Assembly: GCA_003552485.1 (NCBI GenBank)
Contig: PUMX01000039.1
Coordinates: 1 to 32,601 of the forward strand
Length of the DNA stretch: 32,601 bases
Direction of reading: 5' to 3'
Origin: Candidatus Hydrogenedentota bacterium
GTDB lineage: Bacteria; Hydrogenedentota; Hydrogenedentia; Hydrogenedentales; SLHB01
The notes beneath the pieces were generated by a model. That model saw nothing but the letters and a program-made list of their open reading frames with translations, did not search any database and had not been told where the DNA came from. Below are positions 1-8,910 of the stretch, piece after piece (position 1 is the first letter of the stretch; each line of letters starts with the position of its first letter). The position numbers were made by a program, and so were the translations under genes.

Positions 1-220
1 TAGCGCCGCCGCGCCGTGTACCACCCCGCAACCATTGCACATAGGCCGACAGCAGTCGGCCAAGCACAAGTACAGCGATAAACAGGCCCACACTGATTGC
101 GGGGCCCAATTCTTGGTAACGCGCCACCAGAAGGAAAATCAAAGCCGCGATGACGGCGGCGAACAAGACCGCCAATCCCGCAAGCGCAGGGTGAGTATGG
201 GGGTTGCGCGAAGTATTCAC
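1..220 (-). CDS. hypothetical small membrane protein, partial (runs off the left edge)
   Basis: My own minus-strand translation from GTG 220 (or TTG 235) is open to position 1: VNTSRNPHTHPALAGLAVLFAAVIAALIFLLVARYQELGPAISVGLFIAVLVLGRLLSAYVQWLRGG... It has two hydrophobic helices and GC-rich third codon positions. It lies 40-55 nt downstream of the cstA stop. No family recognised and no clear SD. Confidence 0.3.
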   Translation of the reverse strand, partial: MNTSRNPHTHPALAGLAVLFAAVIAALIFLLVARYQELGPAISVGLFIAVLVLGRLLSAYVQWLRGGTRRGGA

Positions 221-274
221 GTTCGATTTTCTCAATCAGATGAAGACGGCGGCAAGCCGCTACGCGTTCGCCGT

Positions 275-2116
275 CTATGCCGCTGGGCCCTCACTGACGG
301 CCACGCTTTGGTTTAGTGGAGGCAAGGGCTCAGGCAACACCCCCTTGGCCCTACGCCACAATAGCGCGCCCTCGAGCACCATCCACGCCTGTAAGATCAT
401 AACGGCCACGCCAACGCCCACCAGCAACCCGTTGCCATCCTCGTACCAACCCAGCACTTGATATCCCATGGCCCACGCGGGCAGCACCACCATGAGAAGA
501 AGCGGGACGGCAAGGAACCACACCGGTTTGCTGTGCCGGATCAAGTAGAAGGCCACCACGAGGAACGCGAGCCCAGCAAGCAGTTGGTTGGTGGCGCCAA
601 ACAAGGGCCAGAGGATGAGCCCGCCGGATCCGGGACCACTGGGACCCGATATCATGGCGATGGTTCCGCCCGCAATGACCGCCACGGAGGTGGCCAGGTA
701 TTTGTTGCCCAGCGCCTTCACGCCAGTAGCCGCGGCGAGTTCCTGCACGACGTAGCGCTGCAAGCGGGTGCTGGTGTCCAGCGTGGTGGCGGCGAACGAA
801 GCCACCATTACCGCCACGATTCCCACGCCAAAGGCCAAGGGAACACCCACGGCGGACATCATGTTCGCGCCGCCTTCGACGAACGCGCCCACTTGGCTGG
901 CCAACTCCATTTCCCGCCACCCGCCGCTGTAGTAGTGGCCCCACGCCGCCGCGCCCGCTAACGGCGCTCCAGCGGTGTCCGTAACCGGCGCGAGCACACC
1001 GTTTTGGGTCTCGTAAACCCCCATCCCAAGGCCGGCGCAGCAGGCCAGTATCACCAGCACGGCCAACATGCCTTCAACCAGCATTGCCCCGTACCCCACG
1101 GCGTGCGCGTCACGTTCCGTGCGCAGTTGTTTCGACGAAGTGCCAGACGACACCAGACAGTGAAAACCGGATATCGCGCCGCACGCAATGGTGATAAACA
1201 AGAACGGAAGAATCGGCGGCGCATCAGGCGGCGGCGTATTCAACGCGGGCGCCACGAGATCTGGCCGGGCCGCCACTAACCCGCCCCCGAGCAACGCGAG
1301 CGTGAGCAGCAACTGATTGCTGTTGATGAAATCCCGGGGTTGCAGCAGTGTCCATACGGGCAGGATACTCGCGATGAAACAGTACACCAACAGCAGCAGC
1401 GTCCAGATAACCACACTCGAGCGCAACCCTTCGGTCAGCGTCGCGTCCGCGCCGGCGAATAACTCGACGCCGGGTATGGACAAGGGCAGGTGATAGGCCC
1501 CGAAGTAGATGGCGCCATAGAGAATCACCAACGCCACGATCGCTGGTACGGCAAGCGAAGCCCCGTGTTTATAGTTCAACCAGCCCACGATCACAGCCAG
1601 CGGCATGGCGATCCACACGGCAAGGACCGTCTGCGGGTAGATCGAGAAGATGACGGCGATGACCAGCCCGAAAATCCCCATGACGACCATCAGCGTAAAG
1701 AAGAGAATCAAGAGGAAGAGTATGCGCGCGCGCGGCGAGATCATGCGGCCCGCGATATCACCGATGGTCTGCCCGCGGTTGCGCATCGACACGACCAAGC
1801 TGCCGAGATCGTGCACGGCGCCGATAAAAACCGAGCCGAACAACACCCACAACAGCGCAGGCAACCAGCCCCAGAACACGGCGATGGCGGGGCCGACGAT
1901 AGGCCCCGTGCCTGCGATGGATGTAAAGTGGTGGCCAAACACTACGCTGCGGCGGGTGGGCACGTAGTCGACGCCGTCATTGACTTCCACACTGGGCGCC
2001 ACGTTGTCGCTGCTTAATGCGAAGATTCGGCGCGCCAGATAGCGGCCATACGTGTTGTAGGCAATGATGAAGCCGAAGAACGAGAGTATGGCGATGATAA
2101 CCGTATCCATTCGCAT
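275..2116 (-). CDS. cstA: carbon starvation protein A family peptide/pyruvate transporter
   Basis: ORF 275..2146. Polytopic membrane protein with CstA hallmarks (NDGVDYVPTRRSVVFGHHFTSIAGTGPIVGPAIAV, LPALLWVLFGSVFIGAVHD). ATG at 2116 (MRMDTVII) or 2110 is preferred over the GTG at 2146. Confidence 0.9.
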   Translation of the reverse strand: MRMDTVIIAILSFFGFIIAYNTYGRYLARRIFALSSDNVAPSVEVNDGVDYVPTRRSVVFGHHFTSIAGTGPIVGPAIAVFWGWLPALLWVLFGSVFIGAVHDLGSLVVSMRNRGQTIGDIAGRMISPRARILFLLILFFTLMVVMGIFGLVIAVIFSIYPQTVLAVWIAMPLAVIVGWLNYKHGASLAVPAIVALVILYGAIYFGAYHLPLSIPGVELFAGADATLTEGLRSSVVIWTLLLLVYCFIASILPVWTLLQPRDFINSNQLLLTLALLGGGLVAARPDLVAPALNTPPPDAPPILPFLFITIACGAISGFHCLVSSGTSSKQLRTERDAHAVGYGAMLVEGMLAVLVILACCAGLGMGVYETQNGVLAPVTDTAGAPLAGAAAWGHYYSGGWREMELASQVGAFVEGGANMMSAVGVPLAFGVGIVAVMVASFAATTLDTSTRLQRYVVQELAAATGVKALGNKYLATSVAVIAGGTIAMISGPSGPGSGGLILWPLFGATNQLLAGLAFLVVAFYLIRHSKPVWFLAVPLLLMVVLPAWAMGYQVLGWYEDGNGLLVGVGVAVMILQAWMVLEGALLWRRAKGVLPEPLPPLNQSVAVSEGPAA

Positions 2117-2185
2117 TCGCCCTGTTAAGGTTGAGCGCGCCGCCACAACAACGCGCAGGCCTGACCAGGCGGCGTAACCGGGGAA

Positions 2186-3622
2186 CTACGGGGCCGGCGC
2201 GGCCTCCGGAGAGGCCGCCTCCGCGGCCGTTTCCGGTTCGCCCATTTCGCCTTCGGTCTGCGAGATTACTACAGTGCCCACGGCGTCGCCGTTGATATTG
2301 ACAAGCGTGCGGCACATATCGAGAAACCGATCCACGCCAATGACAATGCCGATGCCCTCCACGGGAATGCCCACTGAGGCAAAAATGATGGTCATAAGCC
2401 CCACACTGGCCCCCGGAATGCCGGCCGTGCCAACCGACACGGCCACTGCCGTGATGAACACCATCAATTGCTCGCCCAAGGAGAGGTCCATGGCGTACAC
2501 CTGCGAAACAAATAAAGCAGCCACGGCCACATACAAGGCGGTGCCGTCCATGTTAATGGTTGCGCCCAATGGCAACATAAAACTGGACACCTTGCGGCTT
2601 GATCCCACGCGCCGGGTGGCGCAATCCATGGTCACGGGCAACGTCGCAGAGCTGGAAGAACTGCTGAACGCCAGTTGGATAGCGGGCGCCATGCCGCGCA
2701 CAAAGCGGATCGGAGAAATGCGGCCCAGCACCACGAGCACGCCAAACACCAGCACAAAGAAGTGCAACCCCAACCCCAGCACGACCGTCAACACATATTG
2801 CGCGAGCATAGGAATGTACTCGAGGCCCATGGTGGCGATGGCTCGGCCCATCAGCGCAAACACGCCGATGGGCGCCAGGTACATCACCCAGAGCACCACC
2901 TGGATGATGGCGTAGTCCATGGCTTTGAAAAAGTCGATTGCGGGTTGGGTCTTTTCGGCATAGGCCGCCATCACCGCGCCCAGAAAGATGGCGGAGAATA
3001 TCAACGGCAGGATAGGCACGCGGCCAATATCGACATCGGGCACGATCGCGGGCAATACGTTCTCCTGCACTTGCATGCCCAGCGTAGGTTCGCGTTCCGC
3101 CTCTTCTTCCTGCACCGCCAATATCCGGTCCACATCCACGGTCCCGCGGCCCGGCTGAATCACATTAACGCACATCAATCCGATCAACACGGCGATCGCG
3201 GTGGTGCAACAGTAGTAAAGGATGGTTTTGCCGCCCAACCGGCCAAGCCGGCGCGCATCGCCCATGGTCGATACCCCGCTCACAATGGTCACGAACACCA
3301 GCGGAACGATTACCATCGTGAGCAGTTGAATGAACAGCGTGCCGAAGATGCCGAAGTAGTCGGTCATCAACTCGGCCCGGTCCATGGCGTGCAAAGCCCA
3401 GCCCGCCAACGCGCCCAGCACCATGCCCCAGAAAATCTGCATGGGCCTCTTGAAGAAACGAGGCAATACCAGAAAGAACAACGCCAGCACGGCAAAGAAA
3501 AGGGCCGCGAGCAGCAATACTTCGCCAAGGTTCGGAATGCCCTCGGTAGGCCACGCGGCGGCGGCGCCAAGGGCCAGCGCAAGCACTATCAGCGTGATTA
3601 ACGGCGCTTTTCCTACATTCAT
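2186..3622 (-). CDS. dicarboxylate/amino acid:cation symporter (DAACS, GltP/GltT-like)
   Basis: ORF 2186..3640. Carries the family motifs SSSSSSATLPVTM and GATINMDGTALY and has multiple TM helices. ATG 3622 is preceded by GGGGAG about 5 nt upstream. Position 3640 is only a TTG. Confidence 0.85.
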   Translation of the reverse strand: MNVGKAPLITLIVLALALGAAAAWPTEGIPNLGEVLLLAALFFAVLALFFLVLPRFFKRPMQIFWGMVLGALAGWALHAMDRAELMTDYFGIFGTLFIQLLTMVIVPLVFVTIVSGVSTMGDARRLGRLGGKTILYYCCTTAIAVLIGLMCVNVIQPGRGTVDVDRILAVQEEEAEREPTLGMQVQENVLPAIVPDVDIGRVPILPLIFSAIFLGAVMAAYAEKTQPAIDFFKAMDYAIIQVVLWVMYLAPIGVFALMGRAIATMGLEYIPMLAQYVLTVVLGLGLHFFVLVFGVLVVLGRISPIRFVRGMAPAIQLAFSSSSSSATLPVTMDCATRRVGSSRKVSSFMLPLGATINMDGTALYVAVAALFVSQVYAMDLSLGEQLMVFITAVAVSVGTAGIPGASVGLMTIIFASVGIPVEGIGIVIGVDRFLDMCRTLVNINGDAVGTVVISQTEGEMGEPETAAEAASPEAAPAP

Positions 3623-3680
3623 CGCGACTCCCCATTTCAATCGGCCAGATTTTCAAAATTCACCGCTGCAAAACGCGACA

Positions 3681-3709
3681 AATCTACCACAGGACGCAGG
3701 AAGTTGCAA
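3681..3709 (-). promoter_or_regulatory. candidate sigma70-type promoter for the symporter gene
   Basis: The minus strand reads TTGCAA-17 nt-TAGATT, about 52 nt upstream of ATG 3622. The -35 overlaps the T-tract of the murG terminator. Confidence 0.45.
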
Positions 3710-3732
3710 AAGCGGCGCGACCGGTTCGCGCC
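3707..3732 (-). terminator. intrinsic terminator closing the dcw operon after murG
   Basis: Perfect 7-bp GC stem GGCGCGA / TCGCGCC (3714-3720 and 3726-3732) with a 5-nt loop. On the minus strand it is followed by GCTTTTGCAA. It lies 59 nt downstream of the murG stop. Confidence 0.55.
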
Positions 3733-3790
3733 TTCTCAAAACCGCCGCCTGAACGGAAGGACGCCCGTTAGACACTCCGCCTGCCCCAGA

Positions 3791-4903
3791 TCACGACGAG
3801 GGTTTGCTCACCGTTTCGAAGAGATCCGAGAGGATAGCTTCCGCGATGGCTTCGGCGGCCCCGGGTTGGGCCAGGGTACGCGCCTGACGCGCCATGGCTT
3901 CCCGCTCCTCCCGAGCGGGCAGGAGTTCCCGCAGTTGCTGGACCAACACATCCCCCGTGAAATCGGCGTCATCAATCACGCGCGCGGCCCCGGCCTCCTC
4001 GAAGGCCCGCGCGTTGTCCTGCTGATGGTTCTCTGTGGCGTAGGGATAAGGGACAAGCACAGCGGGTTTCCCGACCGCCGCCAATTCCGCTGTCGTCGAG
4101 GCGCCCGCCCGGCAGACGACGAGATCGGCCGCGGCATAGGCGGCGTCCATTTTGTCGGTGAAGGGTAAGACCTCCGTGCGGATCGGCATGCCCGCGGCGG
4201 TAGTCCTGGCTTCGGCGGCATAATCGGGCCCCGTAATCCAAAGGAACTGGGTTTCGTTGCGTTCAAGGCGCTGCAAGGCGTCGCGGACCGCATGGTTCAG
4301 GGTTCTGGCGCCTTGGCTGCCGCCGCACACCAACACAACGGGATCCTCCGGAGCAAGGTCGAAAACGCGCCGGGCCGCCACTTGCTCAGGCGGATTGAAA
4401 AAGGCGCTCCTGACGGGATTGCCCACGACCCGCGCACATTCCTCTGCATATTCTCCGAGGGTCCCCTCGTAACTCAGAAATAGGCGTGAGGCCCGTTTTG
4501 CAGCTAGCTGGTTCGCCACGCCCAGCCTCTTGTTCTGCTCGTGCAGGAAGGTCGGCAAGCCCACGCGCTGCGCCGCCAGGATAAGGGGCAAAGAGATATA
4601 GCCGCCCACGCCGAGCACGGCGTCCGGCCGAAAACGCTTGATATACAGATAGCCACGCGCCACGCCCGCAGCCACAACGGCGGCGGTCCACAGCATGCGC
4701 GGCCCCTTCCGGCGCGGCCACGGAGCAACCGGGATCGGACGAAACGGAAGAGAACGAGCGCGGCAGATGCGCGCCTCGAGCCCACCGCGTCGCCCTACCC
4801 ACTGCGCCATAAGGCGTGGGTCGCGGCGTTGAAGCTCCTCTATGATGGCGAGCGCCGGCGATGTGTGACCGCCGGTGCCCCCGCCAGTTATCATAATGCG
4901 CAT
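3791..4903 (-). CDS. murG: undecaprenyldiphospho-muramoylpentapeptide beta-N-acetylglucosaminyltransferase
   Basis: N-terminus MRIMITGGGTGGHTSPALAI (the MurG G-loop). C-terminal half has VCRAGASTTAELAAVGKPAVLVPYP. Sits in the conserved position after ftsW. Confidence 0.93.
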   Translation of the reverse strand: MRIMITGGGTGGHTSPALAIIEELQRRDPRLMAQWVGRRGGLEARICRARSLPFRPIPVAPWPRRKGPRMLWTAAVVAAGVARGYLYIKRFRPDAVLGVGGYISLPLILAAQRVGLPTFLHEQNKRLGVANQLAAKRASRLFLSYEGTLGEYAEECARVVGNPVRSAFFNPPEQVAARRVFDLAPEDPVVLVCGGSQGARTLNHAVRDALQRLERNETQFLWITGPDYAAEARTTAAGMPIRTEVLPFTDKMDAAYAAADLVVCRAGASTTAELAAVGKPAVLVPYPYATENHQQDNARAFEEAGAARVIDDADFTGDVLVQQLRELLPAREEREAMARQARTLAQPGAAEAIAEAILSDLFETVSKPSS

Positions 4904-4942
4904 GTAGCGGTTCGCCTGGCTAGAATTGGAACGGTCATTAAG

Positions 4943-6052
4943 TCAGGGGGAACGGGACGAGTCTTCCTCGTGCGCGCGCAGGCCCACGCTAAGGAGAACA
5001 CCCACAAGGGCCAAGTTTACAATAAGGGCGGTGCCGCCTGCACTGATAAAGGGAAGCGGCAACCCCTTGGTGGGCAAGAGGCCCAGTGTTACAGCCATGT
5101 TGAAGGCCGACTGAAAAGCAATCACCCCACCGACGCCCACGGCAAGCAACGAGCCGAAGGTGTCGGCTGCGCAAATAGCGATGCGAAAGCTCAACACCAC
5201 CAACGCCACGAACAGCCCGGTCATGAGCAGCGTGCCCACCAACCCGGTTTCTTCACCCCAGACGGCGAAGATGAAATCCGTGTGCGCTTCGGGTAGATAG
5301 AACAGCTTTTGTTCGCTCGCGCCCGGCCCTTTGCCGAAGATGGAGCCGTAGGCAAAGGCCGCCAGGGATTGAATGAGTTGATAACCTTCCTCGTCCCGGT
5401 AATCCCAAGGATCCCAGAAGGACCAGATGCGGCTCCAACGGTATGGACTAACCACAATCGCCGCCGTCACAGCCGCCACCATGGGCGCGGTGCTACCGAC
5501 CACGAAGAGCCATCGCGTGCCAGCCAGAAAGATCATAACGCCCGACACGGCGCAGATAATCACTGGCGTGCCCAGATCTCGTTGAAAGTAGACTAGCAAC
5601 CCAAAGATGATGGTGATGGCGACGGGCGGAAGAAACCCCCGAACGAAATCGCCCACTTCATCCCGGTTCTCAGTCAGTTTTGCGGCCAGGATCACGATTA
5701 AAGCAAACTTCGCCAACTCCGAGGGTTGAAAAGTGAACGTCCAGATCGTCAACCAACGCCGCGCCCCGCCCCGCTCTTCTCCCCACAAGAGCACAGCTAT
5801 CAGCAATGCGAAAGTTATAAGGACTATGGAACGGTAAACAACAGGCTTGCGCAGGTGGTGATAATCCATGTTGGCTAAGCCAAACATAACAGCCAATCCA
5901 ATGGCGCTGTGGACTAGCTGGCGCCCTAGGAACTGCAGGGTCGTCACGCTGCTCTGGAACGCGTCAACGGCGCTAGCGCTGTAGACCATGACGATCCCGA
6001 TGGCGACTAGAGCCAATGTGATAACGAGAATCGCGTTGGTGTCCCGGTTCAT
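4943..6052 (-). CDS. ftsW: SEDS-family peptidoglycan glycosyltransferase FtsW
   Basis: ORF 4943..6076. Polytopic FtsW/RodA/SpoVE-type sequence (LVYFQRDLGT, LPEAHTDFIFAVWGEE, LPTKGLPLPFISAGGTA). ATG 6052 (MNRDTNAILV) forms an ATGA overlap with the murD stop. Sits between murD and murG. Confidence 0.88.
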   Translation of the reverse strand: MNRDTNAILVITLALVAIGIVMVYSASAVDAFQSSVTTLQFLGRQLVHSAIGLAVMFGLANMDYHHLRKPVVYRSIVLITFALLIAVLLWGEERGGARRWLTIWTFTFQPSELAKFALIVILAAKLTENRDEVGDFVRGFLPPVAITIIFGLLVYFQRDLGTPVIICAVSGVMIFLAGTRWLFVVGSTAPMVAAVTAAIVVSPYRWSRIWSFWDPWDYRDEEGYQLIQSLAAFAYGSIFGKGPGASEQKLFYLPEAHTDFIFAVWGEETGLVGTLLMTGLFVALVVLSFRIAICAADTFGSLLAVGVGGVIAFQSAFNMAVTLGLLPTKGLPLPFISAGGTALIVNLALVGVLLSVGLRAHEEDSSRSP

Positions 6053-7407
6053 GACGTCGCCGTCTCCATGATCCATTCATTTACACACGTCTTGAAAACC
6101 CGGCCGCGATGCTCGAAATCCGTAAACATATCAAAACTCGCGCATGCCGGCGACAGCAGCACGACATCGCCGGGCCGGGCCGCTTTGACCGCGCGCTTTA
6201 CCGCATCAGCCATATCGCAGGCCCGTTCCATAGCGGGCGTGACCTCCCCCAAGGCGGCTTCCAGCGCGTGCGCATCTTCCCCAAGGGTGATCAGGCGCTT
6301 GACCCGCCCGGCTACGTCAGGGCGGAGTCCGTCGTACGAAGCCCCTTTGCCTTGTCCGCCCGCGATCAGCACAACTGGCCGATCGAAGCTGGCGAGAGCA
6401 ACGCGTAAGCTATCGATGTTGGTCGCTTTGGAATCGTTATAGAAATCAACCCCATCGCGTGAAGCTACATGCTCGATTCGGTGCTCGACGCCTCGAAACG
6501 CGCGCAACGCCTCGATAACCGTATCCCATGCAAAACCGGCGGCGCGGGTCATCGCAAGGGCGGCCAACACGTTGATCAGATTATGCCGCCCCGGTAGCCG
6601 CACGTCGCTGGTGTGCGCTAGAAAACCCTCGTGCGAGCAAATCACATCGCCATCGGTCCAAACGCCACGTTCGACTGGCTGATCCAAGGCGATCCACCAT
6701 ACGTCGCCCGGGCAATGCGGCGCCATGGCCGCCACCCGCGGATCATGGGCGTTGAGCACGGCGATGTCATCGGCGCGCTGGTGCGCGAACAAACGCGCCT
6801 TTACCGCGGCATATGCCTCAATGGTCCCATGACGAGCGAGATGATCCGGCGTAACGTTCAGCACGGCGCCGATCCATGGCCGAAAGCTGCGGATCGTTTC
6901 CAATTGATAGCTGCTGATTTCGAGAACGGTGTATTGCGGCGGCGGATCCGCCAGCACGGCTTCCGAAAAGGGCCGTGCGTTATTGCCCGCGAGGTCTACC
7001 GTGGCGCCGCAACCCGCAATAAGCGCCCGCAACGCCTCGGTGGCCGTAGTCTTTCCGTTGGTGCCGGTAACGGCGAGAATAGGAGAGCGGCACAACGTGA
7101 ACGCTATTTCGGCCTCGCCCAGCACGCGCGCGCCGCCGCGCGCCGCCTCTGCGATCACTGGCAAATCCGGCGGAACTCCGGGACTAGGCGCAATATAATC
7201 CGCCCGCGCGAACGCCTCCCGCGTGTGCCCGCCGGTCTCACAGGGGACGCCTAGCGCGGAGAGCTCACCGGCCGCCCCTGCCACCGCCTCCGCGGAGCGG
7301 GCCTCCGTAACGAAGGGATGTGCGCCCTGCGCCTTCAGCAGGCGTGCGAGCGCGAGGCCCGTACGCCCGAGACCCACGATGGTTACGTTCTTACCTTGTA
7401 GTTGCAC
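6049..7407 (-). CDS. murD: UDP-N-acetylmuramoyl-L-alanine--D-glutamate ligase
   Basis: N-terminal GKNVTIVGLGRTGLALARLL and the Mur ligase P-loop AVTGTNGKTT. GTG 7407 lies 5 nt after the mraY stop and gives a typical length. The ORF-track start at 7470 is a TTG that would overlap mraY by 58 nt. Confidence 0.9.
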   Translation of the reverse strand: MQLQGKNVTIVGLGRTGLALARLLKAQGAHPFVTEARSAEAVAGAAGELSALGVPCETGGHTREAFARADYIAPSPGVPPDLPVIAEAARGGARVLGEAEIAFTLCRSPILAVTGTNGKTTATEALRALIAGCGATVDLAGNNARPFSEAVLADPPPQYTVLEISSYQLETIRSFRPWIGAVLNVTPDHLARHGTIEAYAAVKARLFAHQRADDIAVLNAHDPRVAAMAPHCPGDVWWIALDQPVERGVWTDGDVICSHEGFLAHTSDVRLPGRHNLINVLAALAMTRAAGFAWDTVIEALRAFRGVEHRIEHVASRDGVDFYNDSKATNIDSLRVALASFDRPVVLIAGGQGKGASYDGLRPDVAGRVKRLITLGEDAHALEAALGEVTPAMERACDMADAVKRAVKAARPGDVVLLSPACASFDMFTDFEHRGRVFKTCVNEWIMETATS

Positions 7408-7412
7408 GCCGG

Positions 7413-8900
7413 TTATCTCAGTTTCATGGTGGCCAGACTCATAAGCGCGAAAACGATCGCCAGAATCCAAAACCGGACCGTGACCTTCGACTCAGACCAA
7501 CCCAACAGTTCGAAGTGGTGATGCAGCGGCGCCATGCGGAATACCCGCTCCCCCCGCAGTTTGTACGAAGCCACCTGAATGATCACGCTGGCGCCCTCGA
7601 CAACAAACAGGCCGCCCACGACCAGTAATAGTAATTCTTGCTTGGTAAGGATCGCCATCGCGCCGATGGCGCCGCCCAGCGCGAGAGAGCCCGTATCGCC
7701 CATGAAAACTTCCGCGGGGTGAGCGTTGTACCACAGGAACCCGAGGCCCGTCCCCAGCAGCGTGGCGCCAAAAACCGTCAATTCGCTGGCCTCGGGCACA
7801 TACGTCAAAAACAGATAATCGGACCAATCCGCCCGGCTCACCACATAGGCAATGCCCGTATAGGCCAGTATCGAGACGATGCTCGCGCCGATGGCGAGTC
7901 CGTCCAACCCATCGGTGAGATTCACCGCATTCGAGGACGCCACAATGACAAGCAAGACGAAAAGCACATAGAACCCGCCAAGCGGAATAAGCCAATCCTT
8001 GAAGCCGGGAATGCCCAACATCGTGTGAGGCGTCGAAGGACTGGCGTCGACGAGGCCCGGAAAAGCCGCCTCGAAAAGCAACCGGTTTAGCCGTTGCTGA
8101 TCCCGGTCATCAAGCGCCGCTTGGCCCTCCGCAAGCAACTCCTCCGCCTCAGGGCTGATCGGCGCATCTTCCCATACCGAGTGGTTGACCAGATCGTGGT
8201 TGTTCGACAAGGCGCGGTTGATGGCGCCGAGTAGCTCAGGGCGCAACTGCCGGGACCGTTGCGGATCATCAACTGCTTGAGCGACCAGTACGCGCAGTTC
8301 CGGTTCAAGTTGCCGCCAGAACATACCCGCCGGCGTGCCATCGCCACGCGCGCCTTTCTCGTGAAAAGTCTTGACGAACGCGTCCCAATCGTCGATGTCG
8401 GCGGTATTAACAGAGGTCGCGCTCATCGTAATGGGATTAAAGAGCACATAGGCGCCGAGCGCAAGCCCAACCCCAATCTGACCCAAGAATTTGGCTCTCG
8501 CGCTTAGTCCTTGATTGTGTTTGCGCCGCAGTTTGATGTAATCATCGGCGAATCCTACGGCGCCCAAGGTAATCAACACGCCCATGGCGACCAGCAACGA
8601 CGGATTGGTCAGGCGCCCCCACAGAATCAGCGTGAGAACAGCCGCTACGATGATGAGCGACCCGCCCATCGTGGGCGTGCCCGTCTTACCTTGATGCAGC
8701 GCGTGCAGGTCCGCCACATGCTCCTGGCGAATGTATTGTCCGACTTTGAGCGCACGCAACCAGCGGATCATGAAAGGGCCAATCAGCAAACAGATCACGA
8801 ATCCGGTCAGCGCGGCGCCTCCTGCGCGAACGGTGTGGTAGGTAAACACATTAAGGACTGTGAAGGCGTCCCGCAGTTCGATTGCCAAATAATGAAGCAT
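7413..8900 (-). CDS. mraY: phospho-N-acetylmuramoyl-pentapeptide transferase with a large internal insertion
   Basis: ORF 7413..9233, but the canonical MraY N-terminus MLHYLAIELRDAFTVLNVF starts at ATG 8900, 10 nt after the murF stop. Conserved motifs GFADDYIK, NAVNLTDGLDGLA and PLHHHFEL are present. The protein is 495 aa against about 360 for typical MraY, because of an insertion at about aa 157-306. Confidence 0.92.
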   Translation of the reverse strand: MLHYLAIELRDAFTVLNVFTYHTVRAGGAALTGFVICLLIGPFMIRWLRALKVGQYIRQEHVADLHALHQGKTGTPTMGGSLIIVAAVLTLILWGRLTNPSLLVAMGVLITLGAVGFADDYIKLRRKHNQGLSARAKFLGQIGVGLALGAYVLFNPITMSATSVNTADIDDWDAFVKTFHEKGARGDGTPAGMFWRQLEPELRVLVAQAVDDPQRSRQLRPELLGAINRALSNNHDLVNHSVWEDAPISPEAEELLAEGQAALDDRDQQRLNRLLFEAAFPGLVDASPSTPHTMLGIPGFKDWLIPLGGFYVLFVLLVIVASSNAVNLTDGLDGLAIGASIVSILAYTGIAYVVSRADWSDYLFLTYVPEASELTVFGATLLGTGLGFLWYNAHPAEVFMGDTGSLALGGAIGAMAILTKQELLLLVVGGLFVVEGASVIIQVASYKLRGERVFRMAPLHHHFELLGWSESKVTVRFWILAIVFALMSLATMKLR

Positions 8901-8910
8901 TGCAATACGG

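Noticed and set aside
35-461. Plus-strand ORFs 35..316 and 204..461 at the left edge
   Set aside because: They are antisense to the 3' end of cstA and to the small membrane ORF, and their sequence is charged and low in complexity. They are not supported.
2675-3601. Other long antisense ORFs (2675..3601+, 4541..5296+, 8920..9528+, 13200..14120+, 19943..20659+, 22207..23100-, 23003..23692+, 28776..29564+)
   Set aside because: Each lies opposite a well-supported gene (symporter, ftsW/murG, murF, ftsI/ftsL, GH13-like, lipoprotein, hydrolase, rho). Their Arg/His/Gly/Pro-rich compositions show no domain signatures. I treat them as GC-driven shadow ORFs.
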